Assembly (NCBI GenBank): GCA_039811685.1
Contig: JBDHZC010000001.1
Coordinates: 896,001 to 960,000, forward strand
From: Armatimonadota bacterium
GTDB lineage: Bacteria; Armatimonadota; UBA5829; DSUL01
Direction: 5' to 3'
Length of the DNA stretch: 64,000 nucleotides
Positions 46,193 through 55,529 of this stretch are shown in pieces. The notes under the pieces were generated by a model that saw only the letters and a list, made by a program, of their open reading frames with translations, made no database searches and was not told the DNA's origin. How positions within the stretch are numbered: the stretch's first letter is position 1; each line of letters opens with the position of its first letter. The position numbers and the translations under genes are program-made.

Positions 46193-47020
46193 CTACCAGG
46201 CTCCTTCCCGAGAAGCCTCATACTCCTTGCGCCGACTCTCCCAGTCAACCACACCGTCGGGGTAGCAGATGCGCGCAAAAATGCAGTCCAAACATGCCGG
46301 GCTGTAGTTGGGTTCGTACTCTTCCACCGCGATGATCTGGCGAGCAATCTCTTTGATCTCCTCTTCAAGGACGTCCATCTCCTCCGAAGAGAAAGTGGTG
46401 GAAGCAGAACATCCGCCAGCCAGGCCGACAATAGAAGCGACAACGGGACGATCCGGGTAGCGTTTACCCACCAGCAGGGCGTAGCACGCCATGGCCAGGC
46501 TTGCGTGCACATCCGCTTCACTGACTTCTGTCAGATTGCTTTTGTAATCAACAATCTCCAGCGTGCCGTCCTCACGCTCATCCAGCCTGTCCAGACGCCC
46601 GATCAACGAGAAATCCGCGTAGCTGTGACTGAGCTGCTTTTCTGTAAACAGGGTCCTCGCGAGCGCTCCTTTGCCAGCGGATGCAACATGCGCGTCGTAA
46701 TACTTCTGGACAATGTGGCGTCCTCGCTCCAGATAAGCCTTTTCTTCTTCAGCGTCCTTGTAGCCGGTTGACGTCCACGACAAGCGCAACGTTTCTTCAA
46801 ACTGCTCCCGGGTGATTGACTCTACCCCGCCCGCTTCGTGAAACATTTGGAGCGCCCTGTGCATCGACGCCCCGAAAGTGTCCCCTCGATTGGGCTTGTA
46901 GTAATAGCGGCTCAGTCTGTCGATGTAAGTGAACTTGTATTGCAGGTGGCACGCAAGCCACGCTGAGATTTTCGTGGGTGAGAGTCTTAGTCTTCTGGGC
47001 GCTGCTCGCTTTGTTCCCAT
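46193..47020 (-). CDS. PD-(D/E)XK nuclease, RecB/AddB/Cas4-like, with a 4-Cys Fe-S staple
   Basis: LSPTKI...LAC, G...H.AL, GRLDRLD, IVDYKS, C-terminal CLDCIFARIC. Confidence 0.88.
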   Translation of the reverse strand: MGTKRAAPRRLRLSPTKISAWLACHLQYKFTYIDRLSRYYYKPNRGDTFGASMHRALQMFHEAGGVESITREQFEETLRLSWTSTGYKDAEEEKAYLERGRHIVQKYYDAHVASAGKGALARTLFTEKQLSHSYADFSLIGRLDRLDEREDGTLEIVDYKSNLTEVSEADVHASLAMACYALLVGKRYPDRPVVASIVGLAGGCSASTTFSSEEMDVLEEEIKEIARQIIAVEEYEPNYSPACLDCIFARICYPDGVVDWESRRKEYEASREGAW

Positions 47021-47253
47021 CGCATGTGTATTATAGCTATGACTTTTGGAAGCATCCGAGCGCTCGGAACAAACGGTCTTACCGGATGGCGACCGGAGCG
47101 CCTAATCGAAAACGCAGTACTTCCATACCAGTACTTTTTTACTGTGGAATCTGGAACGCATGGGCCTTTGGAAGCACGCTACGCACCAAGTAGTATGTTG
47201 CTGGACGCAGACGGGCGTTTCACGGGCGCGGCGCAGACTTGGAGAGGTGACTA

Positions 47254-49545
47254 ATGGCGCAACGTAGACTCTGGATGATTCTGGGACTGGTGCTCCTGGT
47301 ATCGTTCGGTATCCTTGGTGGACTTGGATTCCGCATCAATTCCTTGAAGCCGCCTATTCCGGCGGCCGTTCAGACCGCTGACGGCCACATCATCATGACG
47401 CACGATGACATCACGAACGGCCAGAATGTCTGGCAGTCTATCGGTGGTCAGGAACTCGGATCTATCTGGGGACATGGGGCATACCTTGCGCCAGACTGGA
47501 CCGCGGATTGGCTGCACCGCGAATTGACGGCGCTGCTGGACATCTGGGCGCGTCAGGAAGGCGCGCGGGATTTCAGAGCGCTGAGCGTGGAGAATCAGGC
47601 GGCGCTGAAGGCAAGGCTCAAAGAAGAGATTCGCACTAACAGCTTCGACTCTGCCACAGGCATCGTGACTATCAGCGCCGACCGCGCCGAGGCTATCAAA
47701 CAAACCGCGCGCCACTACGACGAGATTTTCACGAAGGGCGAGGTCGCTTTTGCGCTGCAGCCCGACGCGGTGAAAGATAAGGAGCAGCTCCGTGAGATGA
47801 CCTCCTTCTTCTTCTGGACATCGTGGGCTGCTTCGACAAACCGTCCAGATGCGGGCGAGCGCAACATCACCTACACTCAGAACTGGCCACACGAACCGCT
47901 GATTGACAACCAGTTGACGCCAGATGCGGTCATCTGGAGCGTAATCAGCTTTGTTCTGCTTCTGGCCGGTATCGGCTCCATGGTCTGGTATTTTGGCTCG
48001 CAGGAGCGCACGCATCAGGACGAAGGTATTCCGGACAAAGACCCGCTTCTGGGATACACGCCCACCCCATCACAGAAGGCAACTCTGAAGTACTTCTTTG
48101 TAGTGGGCGCGCTGTTTGTTCTGCAGATGCTGATGGGAGTCGTAGCAGGGCATTACGGGGTCGAAGGCGGTGGATTTTACGGCTTTGATATTCAGCGGTG
48201 GCTCCCCTACAGCGTCGCGCGGACGTGGCACCTTCAACTGGGAATTTTCTGGATTGCCACAGCCTGGCTGGCGACCGGTCTTTATCTTGCGCCGGCTGTG
48301 GGCGGCGGGGAACCCAAATTCCAGAAAGCGGGCGTCAACTTTCTGTTCGTCGCACTGCTGATTATTGTGCTGGGATCGCTATTCGGGGAGTGGGCCAGCA
48401 TCAAGAGAATGCTGGGCGGCGATCTCTGGTTCTGGTTTGGGCATCAGGGCTACGAGTACGTGGATCTTGGGCGTTTCTGGCAACTGTTCCTGTTGATCGG
48501 GTTGTTCCTCTGGCTGTTCCTGATGGTGAGGGCGCTATGGCCAGCGTTTCATAGGCCGAGTGAACAGAAATCTCTGCTCGGGCTCTTTATTCTGGCGAGC
48601 GCATCCATCGGACTCTTCTACTGCGCCGGGCTCGGCATCTGGCAGCAAACGCACCTCGCAATGGCCGAATACTGGCGCTGGTGGGTGGTGCACCTCTGGG
48701 TGGAAGGCTTCTTCGAAGTCTTTGCGACGGTAGCCATCGCGTTTCTCTTCAGTCGCCTGAGACTCATCAAGCCCGAGACTGCCACTAACGCAGTTCTGTT
48801 TGCAACGATAATCTTTCTGTCTGGAGGAATTGTCGGCACGGCTCACCACCTGTATTTTGCCGGGACACCTTCGGTGGTTATGGCGTTTGGAGCAGTGTTC
48901 AGCGCGCTGGAAGTGGTCCCCTTGGTGCTGATCGGATTCGAGGCATGGGAAAACGTGCGCATGTCGCGGGTACGATCCTGGGCTAGCGCTTACAGATGGG
49001 CTATCTACTTCTTTATCGCGGTGGCCTTCTGGAACCTGGTTGGCGCTGGGCTGTTCGGGTTCTTTATCAATCCACCCGTCGCGCTCTACTACATGCAGGG
49101 ACTGAACACGACACCGGTCCACGGGCATACCGCGCTTTTTGGAGTCTACGGAATGCTTGGAGTCGGGCTGATGCTGTTTTGTGTGCGCAGCCTGATGCCC
49201 GGGCGGGAGTGGAAGGAAGGCCCGCTGAGATTCGCCTTCTGGTCGCTTAACATCGGTCTTATGTTGATGGTCCTCCTGAGTCTGCTACCTGTCGGGCTTA
49301 TTCAGACATGGGCGTCCGTGGCAACCGGCCTGTGGTACGCCAGAAGCCCGGAGTTCCTGCAGAGTGGATGGCTTCCCCTGCTGCGCTGGATGAGGATTCC
49401 TGGCGATACTATCTTCTTCATCGGCGCCCTGGCTATTGGATGGTTCATGGTGGGGCTGCTGACAGGACACAGCTTCGAAAAGGGACGCGAAGTGGAAGCT
49501 GGCAGCGTCGAGACGCAGCCGACGCCATCTCCGGCAGGCAAATAG
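47254..49545 (+). CDS. norB: Quinol-dependent nitric oxide reductase (qNor)
   Basis: GSIWGHGAY.APDWTADWLH, YT.NWP, RTWH, HLWVEGFFE, GTAHHLY, SALEVVPL, HGHTALFGVYG, R.PGD. Confidence 0.96.
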   Translation: MAQRRLWMILGLVLLVSFGILGGLGFRINSLKPPIPAAVQTADGHIIMTHDDITNGQNVWQSIGGQELGSIWGHGAYLAPDWTADWLHRELTALLDIWARQEGARDFRALSVENQAALKARLKEEIRTNSFDSATGIVTISADRAEAIKQTARHYDEIFTKGEVAFALQPDAVKDKEQLREMTSFFFWTSWAASTNRPDAGERNITYTQNWPHEPLIDNQLTPDAVIWSVISFVLLLAGIGSMVWYFGSQERTHQDEGIPDKDPLLGYTPTPSQKATLKYFFVVGALFVLQMLMGVVAGHYGVEGGGFYGFDIQRWLPYSVARTWHLQLGIFWIATAWLATGLYLAPAVGGGEPKFQKAGVNFLFVALLIIVLGSLFGEWASIKRMLGGDLWFWFGHQGYEYVDLGRFWQLFLLIGLFLWLFLMVRALWPAFHRPSEQKSLLGLFILASASIGLFYCAGLGIWQQTHLAMAEYWRWWVVHLWVEGFFEVFATVAIAFLFSRLRLIKPETATNAVLFATIIFLSGGIVGTAHHLYFAGTPSVVMAFGAVFSALEVVPLVLIGFEAWENVRMSRVRSWASAYRWAIYFFIAVAFWNLVGAGLFGFFINPPVALYYMQGLNTTPVHGHTALFGVYGMLGVGLMLFCVRSLMPGREWKEGPLRFAFWSLNIGLMLMVLLSLLPVGLIQTWASVATGLWYARSPEFLQSGWLPLLRWMRIPGDTIFFIGALAIGWFMVGLLTGHSFEKGREVEAGSVETQPTPSPAGK

Positions 49546-49560
49546 CTCGTCGTCGCGCAT

Positions 49561-49589
49561 ACGGGGAGGCCAGCAACGAGCCTCCCCGT
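49561..49589. terminator. Hairpin between convergent qNor and AMMECR1 genes
   Basis: 10-bp stem ACGGGGAGGC/GCCTCCCCGT; weak U-tract. Confidence 0.5.
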
Positions 49590-49614
49590 CGCTTGCCTGG
49601 GGAACACCAGAGGC

Positions 49615-50253
49615 CTACCGGGAGCTCTTCCTGGGCTCCTCCGCCCAGGTTACCGCCCGGAAAATGCAAAACTCAACTTTGGCGTCGGCGGACAGGCCGG
49701 CCTCGCGCTTTGCCTGCGCCATCTGCCAGCGACCGGTCCTGGCTTCTCCCGGGAGCAGAACTGCAGAGCGGCCCTTCGCCCGCACAAGCAGCCCGTAATT
49801 GGCAGGCGGGTACGCGGAAGGGTCGGAGACTCTTTTGTAAGGGCCTGGAATGGTGACAAACACTCGCGCCTGTTTGAGCTGGACTGGCGACAGGGGCTTA
49901 CTGCGCGGGTCAAGACGCCACGCGCGCACTGCAGTCTGAACAATGTTGTCAGCAAGCGAGCGCCCGTGAGCGTCAAAGCTTCCCGTGCATCCATGCCGCC
50001 GATCCTGATAAGACAGCGTCACAAAGCACGGAGCGCTTTGCCTGAGAAGCCCTCTGGGCGCGAAAGGAAGTGGAAACAGCGGCTTGCTGTGGGCAGCGCG
50101 TTCGATCGCCCAACGCGCAAGCCGGCAGGCATCGCCCCGCTCGGCCTGAGTTGCCCTGGCCGCGTCATAAACTCCAAAGGCATAGACTGATGCGCCGGTG
50201 AGCGCACACAGGACGACGGCGCTCAGAGTTATCTGACTCTTCTTCAAGGCCAT
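49615..50253 (-). CDS. AMMECR1-domain protein with an apparent signal peptide
   Basis: LAR.AIE, CFVTL....RHGCTG (cf. LRGCIG), A...DPR, YGLLV...GRSAVLLP, KREAGL, FRA; N-terminal MALKK + hydrophobic stretch + VYA. Confidence 0.82.
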   Translation of the reverse strand: MALKKSQITLSAVVLCALTGASVYAFGVYDAARATQAERGDACRLARWAIERAAHSKPLFPLPFAPRGLLRQSAPCFVTLSYQDRRHGCTGSFDAHGRSLADNIVQTAVRAWRLDPRSKPLSPVQLKQARVFVTIPGPYKRVSDPSAYPPANYGLLVRAKGRSAVLLPGEARTGRWQMAQAKREAGLSADAKVEFCIFRAVTWAEEPRKSSR

Positions 50254-51365
50254 CTTCGCAGTTCGGCTGCGCTGTAGTAGTGTTTCAGAATTTCCCGCCA
50301 GCTCTTTCCCTCTTTCGCCATTCCGCGCGCTCCCCATTGGCACATTCCGACACCGTGTCCGAGACCGTGTCCAGACACCAGCCAGCTGCCTCTCTGCGAT
50401 TTGATGGAAAGGAGACAGGATTTGATACGCGCCCATCCGAAGGTTCGTCCGCATCGCATAAGAAACTCTCCCCCGTCAATGGACTGACTGTGCCCCTTGA
50501 GCCCAACGCGCGTGACCCTGCCGCCCGAATCTCGCCTCAGGACAACGAACTCGCCAGAGGCCTCACGAAAGACAGCGGCGACATCTCGCCTGGTCAAGAC
50601 GGTTTTCCACGAAAAATGAGGAGACTCACGACAGTAGGCAGCACCCGCCGGGCCGTCACGCACGGCCCGGCACCACTCTTCCATTCCAATGGCCCCTCCG
50701 TCAGCCGTCCATCCGCCGCATGTACTGCAGAAGGGCGCTCTCACAGGGCGCGCTCCCCTTGCCAGCGCCCAACCGGTTGTCCGACGGACGGCGGCAACGG
50801 CAACGGGAGAAACTGGAATCGCTGAGAAGAGCTGACAGTGCGTCAAGCTGCAGACATCGTACCCATCTGCGGCGTGACGGTGGAAGGAGGCCAGCCCTGT
50901 GCTCCTCGCAACCACAGCCTGAGCGGCTAACGCTTCAGGCGGCCAGTCCAAGGGCATCTCCCGCGCCAAAACTCTGGCGGTGTACTCTTCCAGCGGAACA
51001 TCGGCTACGCACTGCACACCTGCGGATGAAGGTCTAAAGCGCAATTTGCAGTTGAGGACGGCGAGGGGCGAGGTCTGAGTTCTCAGCGTCACCGGGCCGC
51101 GTGGCCGGATCTGTACAGACATCGCCTGTTTGCCATTGCCGGCAATGGTGAGAGACCCTTGCGAGGCTATTATTGACAGAGTTCTCGCAGTCCAGGCGCG
51201 GCCGGAAGATTCCACAGTCATAGCGCCGGTGACTGTGACACGCCTTGGGAGTCGCTGCTGGGGCCAGAGTCCCACTCGCACGACGCGATCGGCTCTGCAT
51301 ACGCCGCTAGCCGCAATGAGCAGACACACAACAAAGAGCCTAGTTGCCAGGCTTCTGCGCTGCAT
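50244..51365 (-). CDS. SpoIID/LytB-domain lytic transglycosylase-like protein (exported)
   Basis: EEY...VL.REMP..WP.EAL.AQAVVARS, YDVCSLTHCQ, STCGG, GHG.GHGVGMCQWGA..MA..G...EILKHYY; signal peptide. Confidence 0.92.
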   Translation of the reverse strand: MQRRSLATRLFVVCLLIAASGVCRADRVVRVGLWPQQRLPRRVTVTGAMTVESSGRAWTARTLSIIASQGSLTIAGNGKQAMSVQIRPRGPVTLRTQTSPLAVLNCKLRFRPSSAGVQCVADVPLEEYTARVLAREMPLDWPPEALAAQAVVARSTGLASFHRHAADGYDVCSLTHCQLFSAIPVSPVAVAAVRRTTGWALARGARPVRAPFCSTCGGWTADGGAIGMEEWCRAVRDGPAGAAYCRESPHFSWKTVLTRRDVAAVFREASGEFVVLRRDSGGRVTRVGLKGHSQSIDGGEFLMRCGRTFGWARIKSCLLSIKSQRGSWLVSGHGLGHGVGMCQWGARGMAKEGKSWREILKHYYSAAELRRWP

Positions 51366-52230
51366 AGCTTTTCAACAGTTTCACAGTGACTGGAACGGCT
51401 GTACGGTAGGCGTTCCCATCGAGACAGAAAACGGCGAAGGCGATCTGCGGGTTGTGTGCCGGCGCAAAACCAACAAACCAGCCGTGCCGCCGCTGCGAAT
51501 CCTGAGGCTGAGACGGGCTTCCGGTCTTACCGGCACAGCTCACTCCAGCGCCTTTCAGCGCCGAAGCCGTACCGGAAGTTGTGACTTTTCGCATAGCGCG
51601 GCACAGCACGGAGCACGGATTGTTTGAGCCGGTATCCTGGAGGGCAATATTGCGCATCAGAAGAGCCATCTGCGCTGGCGTGACAGTGAACCCGGACTCC
51701 CCAACGGCGGCGCGGAACACAGGCTTGAGTGATTTCTCTGGTATGGCAAGGCCAAAAGCCGCCCAGGCCTTCTGAAGGTCGGCGCAGGTCAGACGCTCGG
51801 ATGCCTGATAGAACCAGATATTACAGCTCGAGGCGATCGCGTCTTCAAGCCTCAGGGCGCCGTGTCCTCCCGGCTTGGTGCAGTGGTAGGTGCGCCCACC
51901 AATCCGAATCGCATTCCGGCACACAAAACGCGTAGCCGGGTTGATGACTCCTTTGTGAAGGGCAGCGTAGGCGGTGATAAGTTTGGCGGTGGAGCCGGGC
52001 GCGTAAGCTGTGCGAACGCCGTCTGTCCTTGCGTCTGCGAGGATGCGGCCCGTACGAACGTCAACGATGCATATTTCGCCAGTTCTGGATCCGAGCGCGC
52101 GCAAACAGGCGTCTGTCAGATCGGCCGCGGCGGTCTTTGAGGGCAGCAGAGCAAACAGCACAGTAGAGGCGACACTCAGTGACAGCCGGAAGTAGCAAAA
52201 AAGCGCTTTGTGGGCTCTACCCGCTTCCAT
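51340..52230 (-). CDS. Transpeptidase-domain-only penicillin-binding protein (exported)
   Basis: PGSTAK (SxxK), SSCN (SxN), GKTGS (KTG), HGWFVGFAP; no pedestal or GT domain; start uncertain (52230 or upstream). Confidence 0.88.
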   Translation of the reverse strand: MEAGRAHKALFCYFRLSLSVASTVLFALLPSKTAAADLTDACLRALGSRTGEICIVDVRTGRILADARTDGVRTAYAPGSTAKLITAYAALHKGVINPATRFVCRNAIRIGGRTYHCTKPGGHGALRLEDAIASSCNIWFYQASERLTCADLQKAWAAFGLAIPEKSLKPVFRAAVGESGFTVTPAQMALLMRNIALQDTGSNNPCSVLCRAMRKVTTSGTASALKGAGVSCAGKTGSPSQPQDSQRRHGWFVGFAPAHNPQIAFAVFCLDGNAYRTAVPVTVKLLKSYAAQKPGN

Positions 52231-52362
52231 AGCCCAAGTGTAGCCGAATGCAGAAGAGCCTGGCCTGCCAACCAGTGAGTTGCAGAAGAGTGGACGCCAG
52301 CAGAGCGTTACTGAAACTTTGCCACCGTCAGGCAAAGCGGGCGGACGGCTGGTGACGAAGCG

Positions 52363-53067
52363 TCAGATTCTCTCCAGCGATACCATTCGATTGCGAGCCG
52401 CAAAAACGACAATCTGGACACGGTCTTCCAATCCCAGCTTCTCGAGAATGTGGCTTACATGGTTCTTGACTGTTTGCTCAGCGATGCCCAGTGAAACCGC
52501 GATTTCCTTGTTGGACTGCCCGAGAGCCAACGCTCGAATAACATCCCGCTCGCGTTCTGTCAGATGCGGGGTGGCGTCATTGGGACTTTGCCGACCAAAC
52601 AGACGCGTCAGGAGCAAAGAGAGAGACGGCTCTTCCACCGTCACCTGCCCGGCGTGAACAGCTCGAATGACTCGCAGCAGTTCGTCGCGTGTGCCAGTCT
52701 TGCGCACAGCGCCCCTTGCGCCCACCATGAACGCTTGCTGCAGACAGCATAGACGCGGCTGATCCAGCGCGCTGGCGGGCTTGTCGTCGCGGAACAACAC
52801 GCAGACTTCAGATCCGTGGTCTGTGAGCGCGACAATTTGGGACTGCGGGTGCTCGGCGCGGTATTGTGTTGTCTGGTGCAGCAGTTCTCGAGTAGGCTCG
52901 GTAAAATCCACGAGGATGACGTTTGGAGCTCCCTGCGAAAGATCTGCGGCGGTAAGTGAGTCCACGCTCCAAACCACACTCAAATCCTCTTCCGCAGACA
53001 GAAGCTGCTCAAGCGCGGACCGGAGAAGCGTGTGACGGTCGCATAGCCCTATAGTGATTGTGCCCAT
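52363..53067 (-). CDS. NarL/LuxR-family response regulator with an atypical receiver domain
   Basis: REC (LCDRH, VILVD, ALTD, GARGAVRK) + LuxR HTH (LTERE..V...LA.G.SNKEIA..L.I.E.TVKNH...I..KL); start could be up to 53112. Confidence 0.9.
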   Translation of the reverse strand: MGTITIGLCDRHTLLRSALEQLLSAEEDLSVVWSVDSLTAADLSQGAPNVILVDFTEPTRELLHQTTQYRAEHPQSQIVALTDHGSEVCVLFRDDKPASALDQPRLCCLQQAFMVGARGAVRKTGTRDELLRVIRAVHAGQVTVEEPSLSLLLTRLFGRQSPNDATPHLTERERDVIRALALGQSNKEIAVSLGIAEQTVKNHVSHILEKLGLEDRVQIVVFAARNRMVSLERI

Positions 53068-53589
53068 CGATGTCTCTCTAGGTGCGGCGGTCAACATTGA
53101 GTCTTGTTCCACAGAATGTACTTAAGTCCTTCGTCTGCACAGGCCCTTCATCCTGCAGGACATGGCCTATTAGTTTTATACCTTATCTGTTACTTATTGC
53201 CCCGTACCCCCACCAGAAGGCACACGCGCGCGTAGGCGCAAACCGAGTGACTTCGGCGCAGCCGTCACACGCCTGCCAGAGAATAGACGAAGCGTGCTGC
53301 GGCCAGGTTCGCACGCATAGCCTGTTCTTCTTGCCAGGCGTCCGTGAGCGTCATTCATACCTTCTAACGAAAATGTGCCGCGCCTGACTCCCGGCAACGT
53401 TCGCAACAGAGAACCTGTGTCCGGCACGAGGCAGATGCAGGACTTGGCGAGACAATCAGAAACGCTGCGAACCTTCGAAGGAGCTGCTGCAGGCGAATCG
53501 CTTTCTGTTGGCAGGAATCCGGGTAAGTCAGGGGCAATAGATTATGATGGCGCTTGCGACTGGCGCACAATTTGGCGACGAGGTGAACG

Positions 53590-54852
53590 ATGGCCCCAGA
53601 CAGGATAGCCAGAGCTTATGAGCTGGCAAAGGAAAGATATGCGGAGCTGGGAGTTGACACAGACTCCGCAATGAGTCGGCTCAGCAGTATCCCTATCTCT
53701 TTGCACTGCTGGCAGGGCGACGATGTCGGCGGCTTCGAAAACGATGAAGGGCTGACGGGCGGGGGTATTCAGGCGACCGGAAACTACCCCGGTAAGGCGC
53801 GCAGCGCCGAGGAGCTGCGATCGGATCTGGATGAAGCTCTCCGCTTGATACCCGGTACCCACCGGCTGAACCTGCACTCTTTGTATGCAGAGACGGGCGG
53901 CAAAAAAGTGGAGCGCAACGAACTCGGCCCTGAGCACTTCAGCGCATGGATAGACTGGGCGAAGTCCAAGGGCATGGGGATGGACTTCAACCCGTCATTC
54001 TTCTCTCATCCTCTGGCTGATGACGGCTTCACACTGGCCAGCCGGGACAAAGCCACGCGCAAGTTCTGGATTGAGCACGCAGTCGCATGCCGCAAGATTG
54101 GCGAGGCGTTTGGGAAGGCTCTGCGCAGTGCGTGTGTTACGAACGTCTGGATTCCGGACGGGTACAAAGATTCTCCGATTGACCGCGCCGCCCCGCGCCA
54201 GATACTCACAGAGTCACTTGACGAGGTCTTTCGGGAGAAGATTGACGAGCGCTACAACCTGGATGCCGTCGAGTCCAAGCTCTTTGGCATTGGGTCTGAA
54301 AGCTATGTGGTCGGCTCACACGAGTTCTATCTGGGATACGCCATCACCCGGCACAAGCTCTACTGCCTGGACGCGGGTCACTATCACCCGACGGAGATGA
54401 TTTCTGAGAAGATTACTTCTGTCCTGCTCTACTTGAACCAGCTCTTGCTGCACGTCAGCCGTGGAGTGCGCTGGGACAGTGACCACGTTGTGATTCTTTC
54501 AGACGAGCTTCGCGCAATAGCTGAGGAGATCGTGCGTCACGGATACGAAGACCGTGTCCATATTGGGCTGGACTTCTTTGACGCCAGTATCAACCGCGTC
54601 GCGGCCTGGGTGGTCGGCACGCGCTCTATGCTGAAGGCGCTGCTCATCGCTCTCCTGGAGCCAACTGCGAAACTGAAAGACCTCGAGGCGGGCGGCGACT
54701 TCACATCTCGCCTCGCGTTGCTGGAGGACCAGAAAACGTTGCCGTTTGGAAGCGTCTGGGACTACTACTGCCAGAGCCAGAGCGCGCCAGTTGGGGAAGA
54801 GTGGTTGAGCGAAGTCAAGCGCTACGAGAAAGATGTTCTACTAAAAAGATGA
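53590..54852 (+). CDS. rhaA: L-rhamnose isomerase
   Basis: [73 protein letters not shown]. Confidence 0.97.
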   Translation: MAPDRIARAYELAKERYAELGVDTDSAMSRLSSIPISLHCWQGDDVGGFENDEGLTGGGIQATGNYPGKARSAEELRSDLDEALRLIPGTHRLNLHSLYAETGGKKVERNELGPEHFSAWIDWAKSKGMGMDFNPSFFSHPLADDGFTLASRDKATRKFWIEHAVACRKIGEAFGKALRSACVTNVWIPDGYKDSPIDRAAPRQILTESLDEVFREKIDERYNLDAVESKLFGIGSESYVVGSHEFYLGYAITRHKLYCLDAGHYHPTEMISEKITSVLLYLNQLLLHVSRGVRWDSDHVVILSDELRAIAEEIVRHGYEDRVHIGLDFFDASINRVAAWVVGTRSMLKALLIALLEPTAKLKDLEAGGDFTSRLALLEDQKTLPFGSVWDYYCQSQSAPVGEEWLSEVKRYEKDVLLKR

Positions 54853-55529
54853 CATATCGGCAACTGGCGCTGTTGAGCGCGCTGATTCTAGCAATCACCG
54901 GCAGCGCCGTCTCTGCCCGCAATTCCGAGAAACTGTGGGCAAAAGACCTGGCCACGTTTGCCAGGGAAGATCGGAAGAGTCCGCCACCGAAAGAGGGGAT
55001 TCTGTTTCTCGGCAGTTCCAGCATTCGTGCGTGGAAATCGCTCGAGACCGACTTTCGCGGGCTCCCCGTGTTCAACAGGGGCTTTGGCGGATCCATTATC
55101 AAGGACAGCACGGCGCTGGCTGACAGACTCGTTTTTCCTTACAAACCGCGCATGATCGTCTTCTACGCAGGTGACAATGACGTTGCTGCCGGGCACAGCG
55201 CTTCACAGATTGTAGAAGATTTTGCGCAATTCGTAGACACAGTTCACGCGAAACTGCCGGGCACGCGCATCGTTTTCGTTTCTATCAAGCCCAGTCCTTC
55301 ACGATGGAAGTTTCAGGGTGTTATGCGAGAAGCGAACGAGCGCATATTTGCGATGACTCTTCGGAATCCAAATCTTGATTTTGTCAATGTTTTTGACGCA
55401 ATGTTGGACACAAACGGGCAACCTCGAAAAGACATCTTCACGTCCGATATGCTTCATATGAACGCTAAGGGCTATGCGCTTTGGACGGCACTGGTGACGC
55501 CGCATCTGAGGATACAGCAATCTCGCTGA
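54849..55529 (+). CDS. Secreted SGNH/GDSL hydrolase
   Basis: [29 protein letters not shown]; signal peptide; ATGA overlap with rhaA. Confidence 0.92.
   Translation: MTYRQLALLSALILAITGSAVSARNSEKLWAKDLATFAREDRKSPPPKEGILFLGSSSIRAWKSLETDFRGLPVFNRGFGGSIIKDSTALADRLVFPYKPRMIVFYAGDNDVAAGHSASQIVEDFAQFVDTVHAKLPGTRIVFVSIKPSPSRWKFQGVMREANERIFAMTLRNPNLDFVNVFDAMLDTNGQPRKDIFTSDMLHMNAKGYALWTALVTPHLRIQQSR

Noticed and set aside
47254..49545. NO dismutase (Nod) instead of qNor
   Set aside because: The active-site and quinol-site motifs are canonical qNor (HLWVEGFFE, GTAHH, ALEVVP, HYGVEG...FYG, PGD).
50244..51365. Sporulation inferred from SpoIID (and the SpoIIE domain at 27098-29308)
   Set aside because: Both domains are widespread in non-sporulating bacteria, and no sporulation-specific genes are present.
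53235..53265. c-di-GMP-I riboswitch (GCAAACC...CGCA resemblance)
   Set aside because: The GNRA loop/receptor and P3 elements do not fit; the similarity is too partial.
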